DNA of 53,408 bases from Oligoflexales bacterium. Its GTDB lineage: Bacteria > Bdellovibrionota_B > Oligoflexia > Oligoflexales > RGVZ01. A model generated the notes under the pieces. The model was not told the origin of the DNA. It did no database searches and saw nothing but the letters and a program-made list of their open reading frames with translations. Made by a program: the position numbers and the translations under genes. This document shows positions 8,399 through 17,774 of this stretch, piece after piece (within the stretch, counting starts at the first letter, position 1; each line of letters starts with the position of its first letter). The DNA lies in assembly GCA_044236265.1 (NCBI GenBank), contig JBIIGV010000005.1, forward strand, positions 1-53,408, written 5' to 3'.

Positions 8399-9937
8399 AT
8401 GAATAAACAAAGATCTTCCATGCCGATGTTCCTGATGGCAGCCGCTGCAGCTTCATGTTTTGCAGTGGGTGCTGGGGGCAGGCCCGAAGTGGGCCATGCA
8501 GCACCGTTTGTGCCAAATCCATCTAAGAAGGTTGCTCTCTCGCTTGCGCAAAAAGCTGAGAATCTGCAATCAGACCTTTCAGGAGATGGATACGATGTGA
8601 TGAAAGGCAACTTTCACCTATTCACAATTGAAGACTGCAAATATGCGATCGAGTCAATCGGTAACTGCCTCGGAAATAATCCGACAGCTCCTTATGTCAT
8701 CCCTACACTGCCACAGTGGCAAGACGAGTTTGTTGACGCACACATGAAGAACATGCTTGGCCCAGTGCCGGACAATGAAGGCTGGACATATCGGCTTGGT
8801 GAACAGGAAGCTATTATCATTTTGGCAAAGCTACCCCCGCCAGGACGATACTTTGGTATGCAATCCTATGTATTTTCCCGGGACGTTAGCGTCAACTTAA
8901 CAGATTCTATCTATGAAACTCTTGATGACGCGTTCATGAAAAGTATTCTATTTATGTCATCACCTAATCCGTCGCGCCAACTGCTGTTTTCAAGCATCGG
9001 AGACAGTGTCAACAACGTTGTGATCGAGAGACAGTCAGGTGATGCTTTTGAACAGCAACGCTTTTTCATCATCACCGCGAACACAACATTGGCACAGGAG
9101 TTGAGCGACGCCCTGTTGAATGCCGGTGTTACTGACCGCCAGCAAATTTTTATTGAGCGGATATCCCCGGGACTTGCGCGACTTGGACACACTTCTGCAT
9201 CGGATGACTTCATGATGTTGATACGCTATGCATTACCAACAGACGAGGTCGCTGGGGATCAATGGCGTAAAAAACTCCCGATGACCGTTCTGAGGGTGAG
9301 GAATAAAAATCCCTCGCCCCAATATCAAGTCTATCTGCCGCCTGTGCGCGAACCCCGGATCGCCAACTCTGAACTTGGCCTGGAAAGAAGCCTCGATGAT
9401 CTCGTAGCGGCAGTCAAAGACAAGTGGGGACAGCCGTCGGCGCCAGACTCAAATTTTTACAGCCTTTTGGAGAAAGTTGATCTTGTGGGTGACCATTGTA
9501 TGCGACGTCCGATGAACTGTTTGGGAGACACAGGAGATGCTGACTATCAGATTAGTCAGACTGTTGATCTAGACTCCGACGTGGTTCTCGCCGCCGTTGG
9601 AACCCTCGGCACAGCAACCGGTAACGCCGTTTATACGAGTCTATCAGCCAATCAGATTCCCGAGCTTGTAGGTGTTGCAAACCTTACCGACGTGGACTTG
9701 GCGGGCTCCACCTCCGCCTTCTCGGCCTCGGTGGCCAATACCGAAAAAATTTATCTTCAATATTTCGCCCGGGATTGTTCGAATTTGCCACATTGTCTTG
9801 AAGTCTCAGAGCAGTTGGTTCCCAAGGGAGACAAACTCAAAATTATTCAGCGAAACTACATTGTGCCAGGATCAGCCCGAGGACCAGACCCGACGAAGCT
9901 TTTGAATCCCAGGTTAATAATTCTAAAGAAGCAGTAA
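8399..9937 (+). CDS. Hypothetical secreted protein, 512 aa
   Basis: Long ORF, GAGGGG RBS, N-terminal signal-like segment, three apparent Cys pairs; no family recognised. Confidence 0.75.
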   Translation: MNKQRSSMPMFLMAAAAASCFAVGAGGRPEVGHAAPFVPNPSKKVALSLAQKAENLQSDLSGDGYDVMKGNFHLFTIEDCKYAIESIGNCLGNNPTAPYVIPTLPQWQDEFVDAHMKNMLGPVPDNEGWTYRLGEQEAIIILAKLPPPGRYFGMQSYVFSRDVSVNLTDSIYETLDDAFMKSILFMSSPNPSRQLLFSSIGDSVNNVVIERQSGDAFEQQRFFIITANTTLAQELSDALLNAGVTDRQQIFIERISPGLARLGHTSASDDFMMLIRYALPTDEVAGDQWRKKLPMTVLRVRNKNPSPQYQVYLPPVREPRIANSELGLERSLDDLVAAVKDKWGQPSAPDSNFYSLLEKVDLVGDHCMRRPMNCLGDTGDADYQISQTVDLDSDVVLAAVGTLGTATGNAVYTSLSANQIPELVGVANLTDVDLAGSTSAFSASVANTEKIYLQYFARDCSNLPHCLEVSEQLVPKGDKLKIIQRNYIVPGSARGPDPTKLLNPRLIILKKQ

Positions 9938-9945
9938 ACGGAAAT

Positions 9946-10014
9946 TGGGGCCACATAACCGAATGACTATTGATTGAACTGCAACATCAATAGTCATTCG
10001 GTTATGTGGCCCCA
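9946..10014. repeat. Long palindrome, REP/REPIN-like element 2
   Basis: Perfect 29-bp arms 9946-9974 (TGGGGCCACATAACCGAATGACTATTGAT) and 9986-10014 with an 11-nt loop, 8 nt after a stop codon. Confidence 0.92.
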
Positions 10015-10111
10015 TTTATTAGAGATGCGTTAATTTGCGCAGATTTAGTGATTTGATCGAAGCGCAAAACTTTATGAGATTTCAAAATCCAATGTTTACG
10101 TGACTTTCGGA

Positions 10112-10127
10112 TGGCACAGTTACTGCT
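10112..10127 (+). promoter_or_regulatory. Sigma54 (-24/-12) promoter
   Basis: TGGCACAGTTACTGCT has exact GG-N10-GC spacing against TGGCACN5TTGCW, about 48 nt upstream of ATG 10175. Confidence 0.65.
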
Positions 10128-10132
10128 AGCGG

Positions 10133-10162
10133 TTTTCTAGAACTGGAAAAAGTTCTAGAAAA
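10133..10162. promoter_or_regulatory. 12-bp inverted repeat at the promoter/5' leader (operator or leader hairpin)
   Basis: TTTTCTAGAACT-GGAAAA-AGTTCTAGAAAA immediately before the AGGAG RBS. Confidence 0.55.
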
Positions 10163-10174
10163 AGGAGCAAGACA

Positions 10175-10540
10175 ATGAAAAATATCGCGTGCGGGCTAAT
10201 TTTTGCTGTCACGACCATCACTGGATCAAATTTAGCTAAAGCGGAAGAATGCTATTGGGACGGTTACCAGCTTGGCATCATGGAAGCAGACAGTTTTTGT
10301 GACGTGTGGGAACGCATGTATAACGATGACGTCGTTGTTATGCCCTACTCTATGCATTCAAAACTTTGCGAGTATGAATTAGTAAGTGCTTGCAAACATG
10401 CGATGGCCCAGCAAGCCAGAGAAAATTATCCGCTGTGCACATGGCTAGTACGAAGCGGTTGGCGCAACAACCAAGGGCAAAGTGCCACGCAAGCTTGGGC
10501 CAGCTGGCAGCGAAATGCGTGTAATGTTTATATTCCGTGA
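10175..10540 (+). CDS. Small Cys-rich secreted protein
   Basis: AAGGAG RBS, signal peptide ending AKA, six Cys in the roughly 98-aa mature region. Confidence 0.78.
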   Translation: MKNIACGLIFAVTTITGSNLAKAEECYWDGYQLGIMEADSFCDVWERMYNDDVVVMPYSMHSKLCEYELVSACKHAMAQQARENYPLCTWLVRSGWRNNQGQSATQAWASWQRNACNVYIP

Positions 10541-10581
10541 CGATACAACACTCACGTAATCAGTCGAGTGGCAGTAATGAG

Positions 10582-11478
10582 CTAAAACGACCCCGCGATC
10601 ATTGCCCTAAGCCATTTTTGAGCGGGGTCGTTATGGGTTCTTGCGTGCCAAATTTGAAAAATCTCTAACTGAGGCGTCTCTACGGGGGTCTGAAACTCCC
10701 TTAGCGATAGGCGCTCAGCCATCTGATCAATAACCAAGCCTGGCGCCGTTAAAATTAAATCAGAGTTTGCTACAGCCCATCCAGCTGAAAGAAAATTTGA
10801 CGATCCCACGGCGATATGGCGAGCTTTTCCAAGCCGTTCGAGTGACTCGTCGACGATGCCATGCATGTCGCCTTTCGGGGTCATCAGAATGTGAGGATAC
10901 TGAGTAAATTGTTCAACCGTGAAGCGCTTTGCGGGGTGACTTGATCGAACCACTGAGCGGTAGGTATCTGTCAGGATCTTTTGTGTGTAAAAGCCTTCCG
11001 GAATACGCTCAAAAACACCTAATATGGCTAAATCGACATCGCCTTTTTCAAGACTTTCGCGCGGAATACCGCCAACGTTTGTTCTGAAGTTAAGGGATGC
11101 GTTGGGAGCCTCCCTGAGGATTTTTGGTATTAATCTCTCGGCGGCCGCTGATTCAAAATAATCTGTCGTAACGATTGTGAACACTCGCTCAAGACGCGCC
11201 GGGTCAAATTTCCCGGAGGGTTCATAAAGGTGATCTAAATGATCAACCATGGAGATTATTTCCGAAGCCATCTCGCTAGCGCGCGCCGTGGGGCTCACAC
11301 CCTTAGAGCTTCTGACAAAAAGAGGATCGCCAAACTCTGAGCGCAGGCGGGACAGCGCCCTTGATAGAGCCGGCTGGGTCATGCCGAGGGCCTGAGCCGC
11401 CTTGGTGACATTACGATCACGCCAAAGGGCAGCAAATACTGGCAATAAATTTAGATCTTTACCTTTAATATGTCTCAT
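10582..11478 (-). CDS. LysR-family transcriptional regulator
   Basis: DLNLLPVF..L....NVTKAA..LGMTQPALSRALSRLR..FGDPLFVR HTH; C-terminal WH.RTHNDPA.KWLR. Confidence 0.95.
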   Translation of the reverse strand: MRHIKGKDLNLLPVFAALWRDRNVTKAAQALGMTQPALSRALSRLRSEFGDPLFVRSSKGVSPTARASEMASEIISMVDHLDHLYEPSGKFDPARLERVFTIVTTDYFESAAAERLIPKILREAPNASLNFRTNVGGIPRESLEKGDVDLAILGVFERIPEGFYTQKILTDTYRSVVRSSHPAKRFTVEQFTQYPHILMTPKGDMHGIVDESLERLGKARHIAVGSSNFLSAGWAVANSDLILTAPGLVIDQMAERLSLREFQTPVETPQLEIFQIWHARTHNDPAQKWLRAMIAGSF

Positions 11479-11496
11479 ATGATATAGCTATCATAT
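11477..11496. promoter_or_regulatory. Probable LysR operator dyad
   Basis: ATATGATA-TAGC-TATCATAT dyad containing T-N11-A, overlapping the LysR start in the divergent region. Confidence 0.5.
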
Positions 11497-11583
11497 TAGC
11501 TATTCATTGGCAAGAATCGATTCCTTAATTTAAATCAACCCAGTCAAAGATTGCACCCAAACACACAACACAAGGGAGGATTT

Positions 11584-12537
11584 ATGAAGGCAGTCGTTAT
11601 GAGTGATTACGGAACCAATGATGTACTTAAGGTCGCGGAACTACCCATTCCTCAGCCTGGACCAACTGAAGTCCTCGTTCGTATTCACGCCACAGGTCTA
11701 AACCCTGTTGATTTCAAGATTCGTGAAGGCCATTTAAAGGAACTCTTCCCCGTCGAGTTTCCCCGAGTCCTAGGGGGAGACATCTCAGGAGTGGTGGTTG
11801 ATGTTGGCGCTTTGGCAAAAGACTTTAAAAAGGGTGACGCCGTTTATTTCTCAAACCCTCTAGACCGCGATGGCGGCTTTGCAGAATTCGTGACCGTCGA
11901 TCAATCCATCGTTGCACTGAAGCCTAAAACCTTAAACCACATCGAAGCTGCCTCGTTACCAGTTGTTGGCCTGACATCTGTGCAGGCGCTCAGAGATTTT
12001 GCCGGCGTCAAAAAAGGCGACAAAGTACTGATTCACGCTGGGGCTGGTGGAGTTGGGTCGTTTGCCATACAATACGCTAAATATTTAGGGGCTGAGGTTT
12101 ACACAACCGCAAGTAGCCAGCGCAGCGACTATCTAAGGTCCCTCGGCGCGGACCGCGTCATTGACTACAAAACAGAGGACTTTGTCGACGTTGCTCAGAA
12201 GACTGGAGGAATGGACGTTGTGTTTGAGTCCATTGGTGGCACCAATTATCTTCGTAGCATTCTTGCGACCAAAAAGGGCGGCGCCGTTCCGGCCGTTGTA
12301 AATCCACCGGATGCCGAGACAGAGTCATTAGCCAAGGAGAAAAACATAAAAACAAGCTTTATGCTACTTCAGGGCTCTCGGAAGGACCTCAACCACATTG
12401 CCGATTTGATAGATCGAGGGATCATCAAAACAAGTGTTAGCAAGACGTTTGGCTTAGACGATGTGGCGTTGGGACTTGCAGAACTTGAAAAAGGTCGAAC
12501 CCAAGGTAAGCTGGTAGTAGAGATTCTGCCAAACTAA
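11584..12537 (+). CDS. NADP-dependent oxidoreductase, MDR/quinone reductase (zeta-crystallin-like) family
   Basis: GLNPVD.KIR.G, LGGDISGVV, VLIHAGAGGVGSFAIQYAK, LGAD.VIDY, GR..GKLV; ATG 11584 behind GGGAGG. Confidence 0.93.
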   Translation: MKAVVMSDYGTNDVLKVAELPIPQPGPTEVLVRIHATGLNPVDFKIREGHLKELFPVEFPRVLGGDISGVVVDVGALAKDFKKGDAVYFSNPLDRDGGFAEFVTVDQSIVALKPKTLNHIEAASLPVVGLTSVQALRDFAGVKKGDKVLIHAGAGGVGSFAIQYAKYLGAEVYTTASSQRSDYLRSLGADRVIDYKTEDFVDVAQKTGGMDVVFESIGGTNYLRSILATKKGGAVPAVVNPPDAETESLAKEKNIKTSFMLLQGSRKDLNHIADLIDRGIIKTSVSKTFGLDDVALGLAELEKGRTQGKLVVEILPN

Positions 12538-12550
12538 CGAGGCCAACAAA

Positions 12551-13510
12551 TTGGAACCATCCTTGGATAATCGTCGGTTTGATCGAGCAGCCGCCACTGC
12601 ATTTGTAGCGAAGCTTCTTGATCAGGCAGAACAACGCGGCCACCCTACCCGTGATTGGATTGTTGATCACGTTTGCTTTCGCACCGAGACTTTGACGGAA
12701 TACCAGTCATCAGTTGCTGCGATTTCAAATCCAACCCATGATCTATACGGAACCGTTTTATCTCATGCGGAAGTCAATGGTCGCCCCATCACGACAGTTA
12801 GACTGAGCGAACCATTACAGGTCAGAGGCAAATGGATCGAGGCGATCGAAATTCCTGCGCCGAAGGAAAATCAATTTTATAAATCGGGATATGAGCACAT
12901 TGAGGTGCTGGTCACACATGATGTAACCGAGTCCAGCGTCACTCTCGACGACGGTAAAATCAAATTTCACCATCTTCCTCTCTCGTCAACGATTGCGATT
13001 GAGAATCATGTCATCCTGAGCCAATGGCTTGCACGCACCAATATTTTGCTGGTTTTAAAGCCGTGGATGCCACTTCTATCTGGTAGCATTCCCTTGGAGA
13101 TTGATCTGCCAGGTAGTGATCTAGATATTCTACTGGGCGCACCCGACCTCGACGTGGCCGCGCAGGAAATCAGTCAGAAACTAAGTCAAAATCAAATCTC
13201 AGAACAGATTTCCTGGAAGACGTCTCAGACCCGACACGGAGGATGTTTAACGGCTAGTATCATGGCAAACGGAATTGAAGTGGAGCTATTTTTATCAACC
13301 GTCAACCCCCTCGATCAAAATAGCCATCGGCATTTACTGTCCGAGTACTGCTTACTCGTACAACATGGAGAAACCCTTAGATCTCGGGTGAAAAGCCTAA
13401 AAGCCAAAGGCTTCACCACCGAAGAGGCATTCGCGAAGGCGCTGGACTTGAAGGGTGATCCATATGATCTGCTTCGTCATCCTGAAGTTTCCGGATTCCG
13501 TCAAAACTAA
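12551..13510 (+). CDS. YecM/VOC-family domain fused to DUF4269-like domain
   Basis: N-half DHVCFR, VNGRPI, IEIPAPK, GYEHIE, IKFH (YecM-like). C-half GSIP..IDL.GSDLDI, QNSHRHL..E..LL, LK..G..TE.AFAK.L.L.GDPY (DUF4269-like). TTG start is uncertain. Confidence 0.78.
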   Translation: MEPSLDNRRFDRAAATAFVAKLLDQAEQRGHPTRDWIVDHVCFRTETLTEYQSSVAAISNPTHDLYGTVLSHAEVNGRPITTVRLSEPLQVRGKWIEAIEIPAPKENQFYKSGYEHIEVLVTHDVTESSVTLDDGKIKFHHLPLSSTIAIENHVILSQWLARTNILLVLKPWMPLLSGSIPLEIDLPGSDLDILLGAPDLDVAAQEISQKLSQNQISEQISWKTSQTRHGGCLTASIMANGIEVELFLSTVNPLDQNSHRHLLSEYCLLVQHGETLRSRVKSLKAKGFTTEEAFAKALDLKGDPYDLLRHPEVSGFRQN

Positions 13511-13545
13511 TCAGTTATACCGATTAGCGGCACCAATTAAGAAAG

Positions 13546-15810
13546 TCACACCGATTTTGACTCGGAGATAATCGGTGACATCAGAGTGATAGACATCACC
13601 CAAAGCTGGTGAATGGCGCGCGTTGATGCAACGTGTAAAAGCCGGCGTGATTCTGGAGTGTCGGGATAAGAATTAGGCGTCGCATCAGGGATGACGACGT
13701 AATCAAACTCAAGACCCTTGACCTGACTAACCTCGACCACATCCACACCCGGTCTAAACTCAAAGGCTCCGTCTTCCACCAATCTGGCATTGGAAACGTC
13801 AGATAGCATCTTATAAATACGCTGCGCCGTCTCCGGAGTACGAGTGATCACTGCAACCGATGCCAAGGGCTCTGCCACCATCAAATCACTGAGCGTATCC
13901 GCAAGGGATAACATTAAATGACCTTCATTAGGACACAGGGTGACTGTGACCGGAACACCATCTTTGATTGATTTAGGCATCTCGCGGGGGGCATATTTGC
14001 CCAAAACCTTGTGCGCAAATTCAGCCACCGGTTTTGGCGAACGATATGTTGTTGTTAGGTGCTGCGCCTGCACACGCGGCACGCCAATTTGATCCAACAC
14101 TGCATCCCAAGAATCGAAGGTCGTTGAGGGATCAATTTGCTGCGCACTGTCACCAGCAATGGTCACCGAGCCATCTTTTGATAAAGCTGCTCCCAAGGCC
14201 GCGAGTTCGATCGGCGCCAAGTCTTGGGCCTCATCAATCACTAGATGTAAAAACTGATGCAAGCCCTCATCATCTCCGCGCTGTAAGCCAAGTTTTAGAC
14301 GTCTGATCTCATAAACGATCGCAAAATCTTCCGGATCAATCGTCTGCGCGATGTCATCCACAAACTCGTCGGCAAGACTTCCACCATCGACGGTCTCAAG
14401 TTTCTCAAGATCAACCCCGGCATAGCGTTTCGCCGCAGGATCTGCAAACTGATCAGCACTGTGCCGGTATACGACATCGACGGCTGAATGAGCAATCTGC
14501 CCATTTGAAAGATCGACGACCCGTCGCAACAAGTCCTTATTCATGAAAAAATCGACCCGGTCTTTGGCAATATCCATCACCCGCTTCTCAAGCTCCGGGA
14601 ACAGTTTGATATCACCTCTCACGGCTGACAAATTGACTCCCTGCTCGTAAGCGCGGCGCGCTTTGGCAAGCCGCTTTGTCAGTGGGTACTTCGTCTCCTC
14701 AAGCATGATGCGCGCGGCTTCTGGGCAGTCCGGAATTTTATGCGCCATCTCGTGAGCAAATTCTTTGGCCTGAAGTTCAATAAATTCTTTTAAGACCGTC
14801 CTCAAGGCCGGGTGACGTTTAAAGTAAGTAGCCGTGCTTGGTGGATTGTCACAAATTTTATGCGGCAACCGGCGAATGATCTTAAACACACGCTCAGGGA
14901 AAAACTTGTCAAACGAGCTGACCAGTACTCTTGAGAGTCCAAGGCTATCAAGTAGTTTGCGACTAAGTCTAACTAAGCCTTCATCGGGAACAATAACGGC
15001 CATCTTGTGCTGCGCAAACCGCTCGCGACTACGGTAATTGAGCGTCGCCAGTCGATGCAGAGCCACCGTCGTTTTACCGCACCCTGCTCCCCCAAGAACG
15101 AGCACAGGGTCATCCTCGTGACTCGAAAGCGCTGAGTATTGATGGGAGTCAAGCAGTGCGGAGACTTCAGGTGATGGCCGACCACTTTGACCGGTGCCAA
15201 GGGTAAAGCCTCGACTTGCTGAACCACTGCCTCCCGCAAGTTTCGGATTACGCGCACCGGTGTCTTCACTCCACTGACCCTGAGCATCTTTGCGGTAAGC
15301 CTTTTCAGGTGTGCCGACAAACACCAAAACGCCGTCTTTAATCGTTAATAGATGACGTTTGCGCACAATGCCGCGCGCAATGCGTCCCGGAAGCTCAGCT
15401 TCATATTCTTCACCCTGACGGTAATTAAAAAACACAGCCGCAATGGGAGCGTTACGCCAATCGTTTACAGGAGCTCCCGTCACATCGAGGAAACTGCGGT
15501 ATCCGATGAGAATGTCCTTCAGCTTTCCGTTCTCTTCGAGCTGCATATGTGCAAAGTATGGAGATCTAGAGTCCGGCAGTTCGTCGACCTGGGCTTGTTC
15601 AATCAAAGCGCGCTGGTTGTTCATTTGGTCAAACAATGCGGGTAAATCCTCAGCTCTAGCCGCCGCAGCCTGCTCACGCAGCTGTGTCAGGCGAGTCCCA
15701 AGGTCATGCAGATCAAGACGCGACTTTCCACGTGCAACACGCAGGCCGTCGAGGACCATCTTAAGTAGATCCTCTTCTTCTTGTAGTAGCTTTAATTCCT
15801 CAGGACTCAA
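13546..15810 (-). CDS. HelD-like superfamily 1 (UvrD/Rep-type) ATPase/helicase
   Basis: SPYFAH, DWRNAPIA..F, Walker A GGAGCGKTTVALHR, VIDEAQD, AGD.AQ, L...YRS, KGLEFD.V, LHVA.TRA...L. Confidence 0.85.
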   Translation of the reverse strand: MSPEELKLLQEEEDLLKMVLDGLRVARGKSRLDLHDLGTRLTQLREQAAAARAEDLPALFDQMNNQRALIEQAQVDELPDSRSPYFAHMQLEENGKLKDILIGYRSFLDVTGAPVNDWRNAPIAAVFFNYRQGEEYEAELPGRIARGIVRKRHLLTIKDGVLVFVGTPEKAYRKDAQGQWSEDTGARNPKLAGGSGSASRGFTLGTGQSGRPSPEVSALLDSHQYSALSSHEDDPVLVLGGAGCGKTTVALHRLATLNYRSRERFAQHKMAVIVPDEGLVRLSRKLLDSLGLSRVLVSSFDKFFPERVFKIIRRLPHKICDNPPSTATYFKRHPALRTVLKEFIELQAKEFAHEMAHKIPDCPEAARIMLEETKYPLTKRLAKARRAYEQGVNLSAVRGDIKLFPELEKRVMDIAKDRVDFFMNKDLLRRVVDLSNGQIAHSAVDVVYRHSADQFADPAAKRYAGVDLEKLETVDGGSLADEFVDDIAQTIDPEDFAIVYEIRRLKLGLQRGDDEGLHQFLHLVIDEAQDLAPIELAALGAALSKDGSVTIAGDSAQQIDPSTTFDSWDAVLDQIGVPRVQAQHLTTTYRSPKPVAEFAHKVLGKYAPREMPKSIKDGVPVTVTLCPNEGHLMLSLADTLSDLMVAEPLASVAVITRTPETAQRIYKMLSDVSNARLVEDGAFEFRPGVDVVEVSQVKGLEFDYVVIPDATPNSYPDTPESRRLLHVASTRAIHQLWVMSITLMSPIISESKSV

Positions 15811-15987
15811 ATTTCACTCCAGCAGCTGATCAATATAATAGTCTCACCTATTTCCCCCCCTATCTCAACCCCTAAACTCAAGATATGACTGGGTAGAAAT
15901 GCACCAAACAAGATGCGATCCTTCATTGACAGCCGATGCACTCCCCATCATCATAAATCTAAGTGGTTCTGTTTTTTAGGAGCTCAC

Positions 15988-17082
15988 ATGACCATCGAAC
16001 GATCATGGCCTCATTTTGTTGCTTTTGGATTGAGCATGAGCTTACTGCAGGCACCGCAGCTGTTTGGTGCTGACACCGCAGGTTGGCGAGAGATCAAGTT
16101 GGCGGGCGAGACAGCCTGTGCCGATGGCTCGCCCTTTTCAATCTTTGTTCACGAGGGAACTTCTGGAAATCTTGTGCTTGATTTTATGGGTGGCGGTGCG
16201 TGCTGGAATGCTGAAACGTGTGGGCCTAATTCGTCTTATTTTCGCCGCCGAGTCCCTGACGTCATTAACGACTATATCGCTACTGCTGACGGCATTTACA
16301 ACCGGCAACATGAGAAAAACCCGTTCCGCGATGATACACACGTGATTATTCCTTACTGCACGGGAGACGTGCATTGGGGCATGAGTGACGAGACCTACGC
16401 CGTTGACGGCAGCCATGACGTCACAATCCTCCATCGCGGAGCGATCAACGCTAAAGTGGCAATTGCTGAATCGCTCAACCACTTAAGCCAATCACCAGAT
16501 AAGGTCTTTGTTACCGGATGCTCGGCGGGAGCTTATGCTTCGATCTGGTGGACGCCATACATTCGTAGGCTTTATCCAACTGCTCAAATGGCCCAGTTTG
16601 GCGACAGTGGCGCCAGCATTCTGACGCGCGACTTCCAAAAAAACTGGCTTTCCCGTTGGCATATTGAACGCTCTGCGCCAGCATGGATTCCTGACTTAAA
16701 CCCTAACGAGCGGGACTTGACTGATCTCACTAGTGATGCCGTCTACACAGCCATCAGCAAGGCCAATCCCGACATTCACTTTAGTCAATTCAACTATCTA
16801 AACGATATCGTCCAACGTTGGTTTTTTGCAGCCATGGGTGGTCAGCAGGCAACATGGGCACCCCAGATGCGCTTGACGATGACCAAGATTGCGTCTCAAG
16901 CGCCAAACTTTAACTATTACACGGCACCTTGGGACGGGCACTGTATTTTACCGTTCCCGGAATTTTACAGCGCATCCGCACCAAACGACGGTTTAATGCC
17001 GTTTACGCACTGGTTTGATGGTTTGATTGGAAGAGACAATGCGGTTAATGAGCCATGTGACAATTGCGCTCAGGAACCGTAA
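15988..17082 (+). CDS. Pectinacetylesterase-family (Notum-like) secreted hydrolase
   Basis: C.DGS, GGGACW, IPYCTGDVHWG, nucleophile motif GCSAG, C-terminal GHC; ATG 15988 behind AGGAG. Confidence 0.88.
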   Translation: MTIERSWPHFVAFGLSMSLLQAPQLFGADTAGWREIKLAGETACADGSPFSIFVHEGTSGNLVLDFMGGGACWNAETCGPNSSYFRRRVPDVINDYIATADGIYNRQHEKNPFRDDTHVIIPYCTGDVHWGMSDETYAVDGSHDVTILHRGAINAKVAIAESLNHLSQSPDKVFVTGCSAGAYASIWWTPYIRRLYPTAQMAQFGDSGASILTRDFQKNWLSRWHIERSAPAWIPDLNPNERDLTDLTSDAVYTAISKANPDIHFSQFNYLNDIVQRWFFAAMGGQQATWAPQMRLTMTKIASQAPNFNYYTAPWDGHCILPFPEFYSASAPNDGLMPFTHWFDGLIGRDNAVNEPCDNCAQEP

Positions 17083-17084
17083 GT

Positions 17085-17774
17085 TTATTTGCTGACAGAA
17101 CTGCTACGCGACCGTTCACAACGCTTAAACACAATGCGCTGCTCCTGATCTGGCATGGTAAAGTCATTAACTTCCTCGGCTTCATCCAGAGGACCTCGGC
17201 CCTTGTTTTGTAAAATTTTTCCGTAAAAATAAAGCTGCCGCTCAATTTCAAGAACCATTTCGCAATTTAGATGAAAACGGTCGGCTTGTTTTAACTGATA
17301 GTCCCATGCTTCATATTCAACGCCTGCCTCATAAGAGCGGTCGCCCAAGATGCGTGCTTGAGGCCCCATCACCACAGCTCGGATGTACATAGACTGCCGC
17401 GTATGGAAATTTTCATGCTCAATGATCGAGGCGAGCCACCCAGCGTGAGGTATCCCCAAGAAGCTAAACGCTCCAGGATAGAGAACAATTTTATTTGTGT
17501 AAGGGTACGTGACCGCTCGCGCGCTTTTGGACTCGTCTGGACTTACTCCCATGTTCTTGCATTGCAACGCGAAGTGAGCACAGGTTAGCTGAAGAGCCTC
17601 ATCAAAACGCTCAGCGTTAACCGCCTTGCGAAATATCTCGTCAAATTCATTTGTTTTGGTCAAAGCATCCTGAGACGCGTCTTTCAATGTGGCAGCCTTA
17701 TGCTTACAGCTGGCCAACAGAGAAAGACCTGCCAGGACTAAAATGCAAGTCCTAGAACGTTTAAATTCCGGCAT
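17085..17774 (-). CDS. Lipoprotein with HExxH zinc-peptidase-like motif
   Basis: Lipobox LLASC; IIEHENFHTRQ followed by E.EAW.YQ, a gluzincin-like third ligand; overlaps the upstream gene by 14 nt. Confidence 0.65.
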   Translation of the reverse strand: MPEFKRSRTCILVLAGLSLLASCKHKAATLKDASQDALTKTNEFDEIFRKAVNAERFDEALQLTCAHFALQCKNMGVSPDESKSARAVTYPYTNKIVLYPGAFSFLGIPHAGWLASIIEHENFHTRQSMYIRAVVMGPQARILGDRSYEAGVEYEAWDYQLKQADRFHLNCEMVLEIERQLYFYGKILQNKGRGPLDEAEEVNDFTMPDQEQRIVFKRCERSRSSSVSK

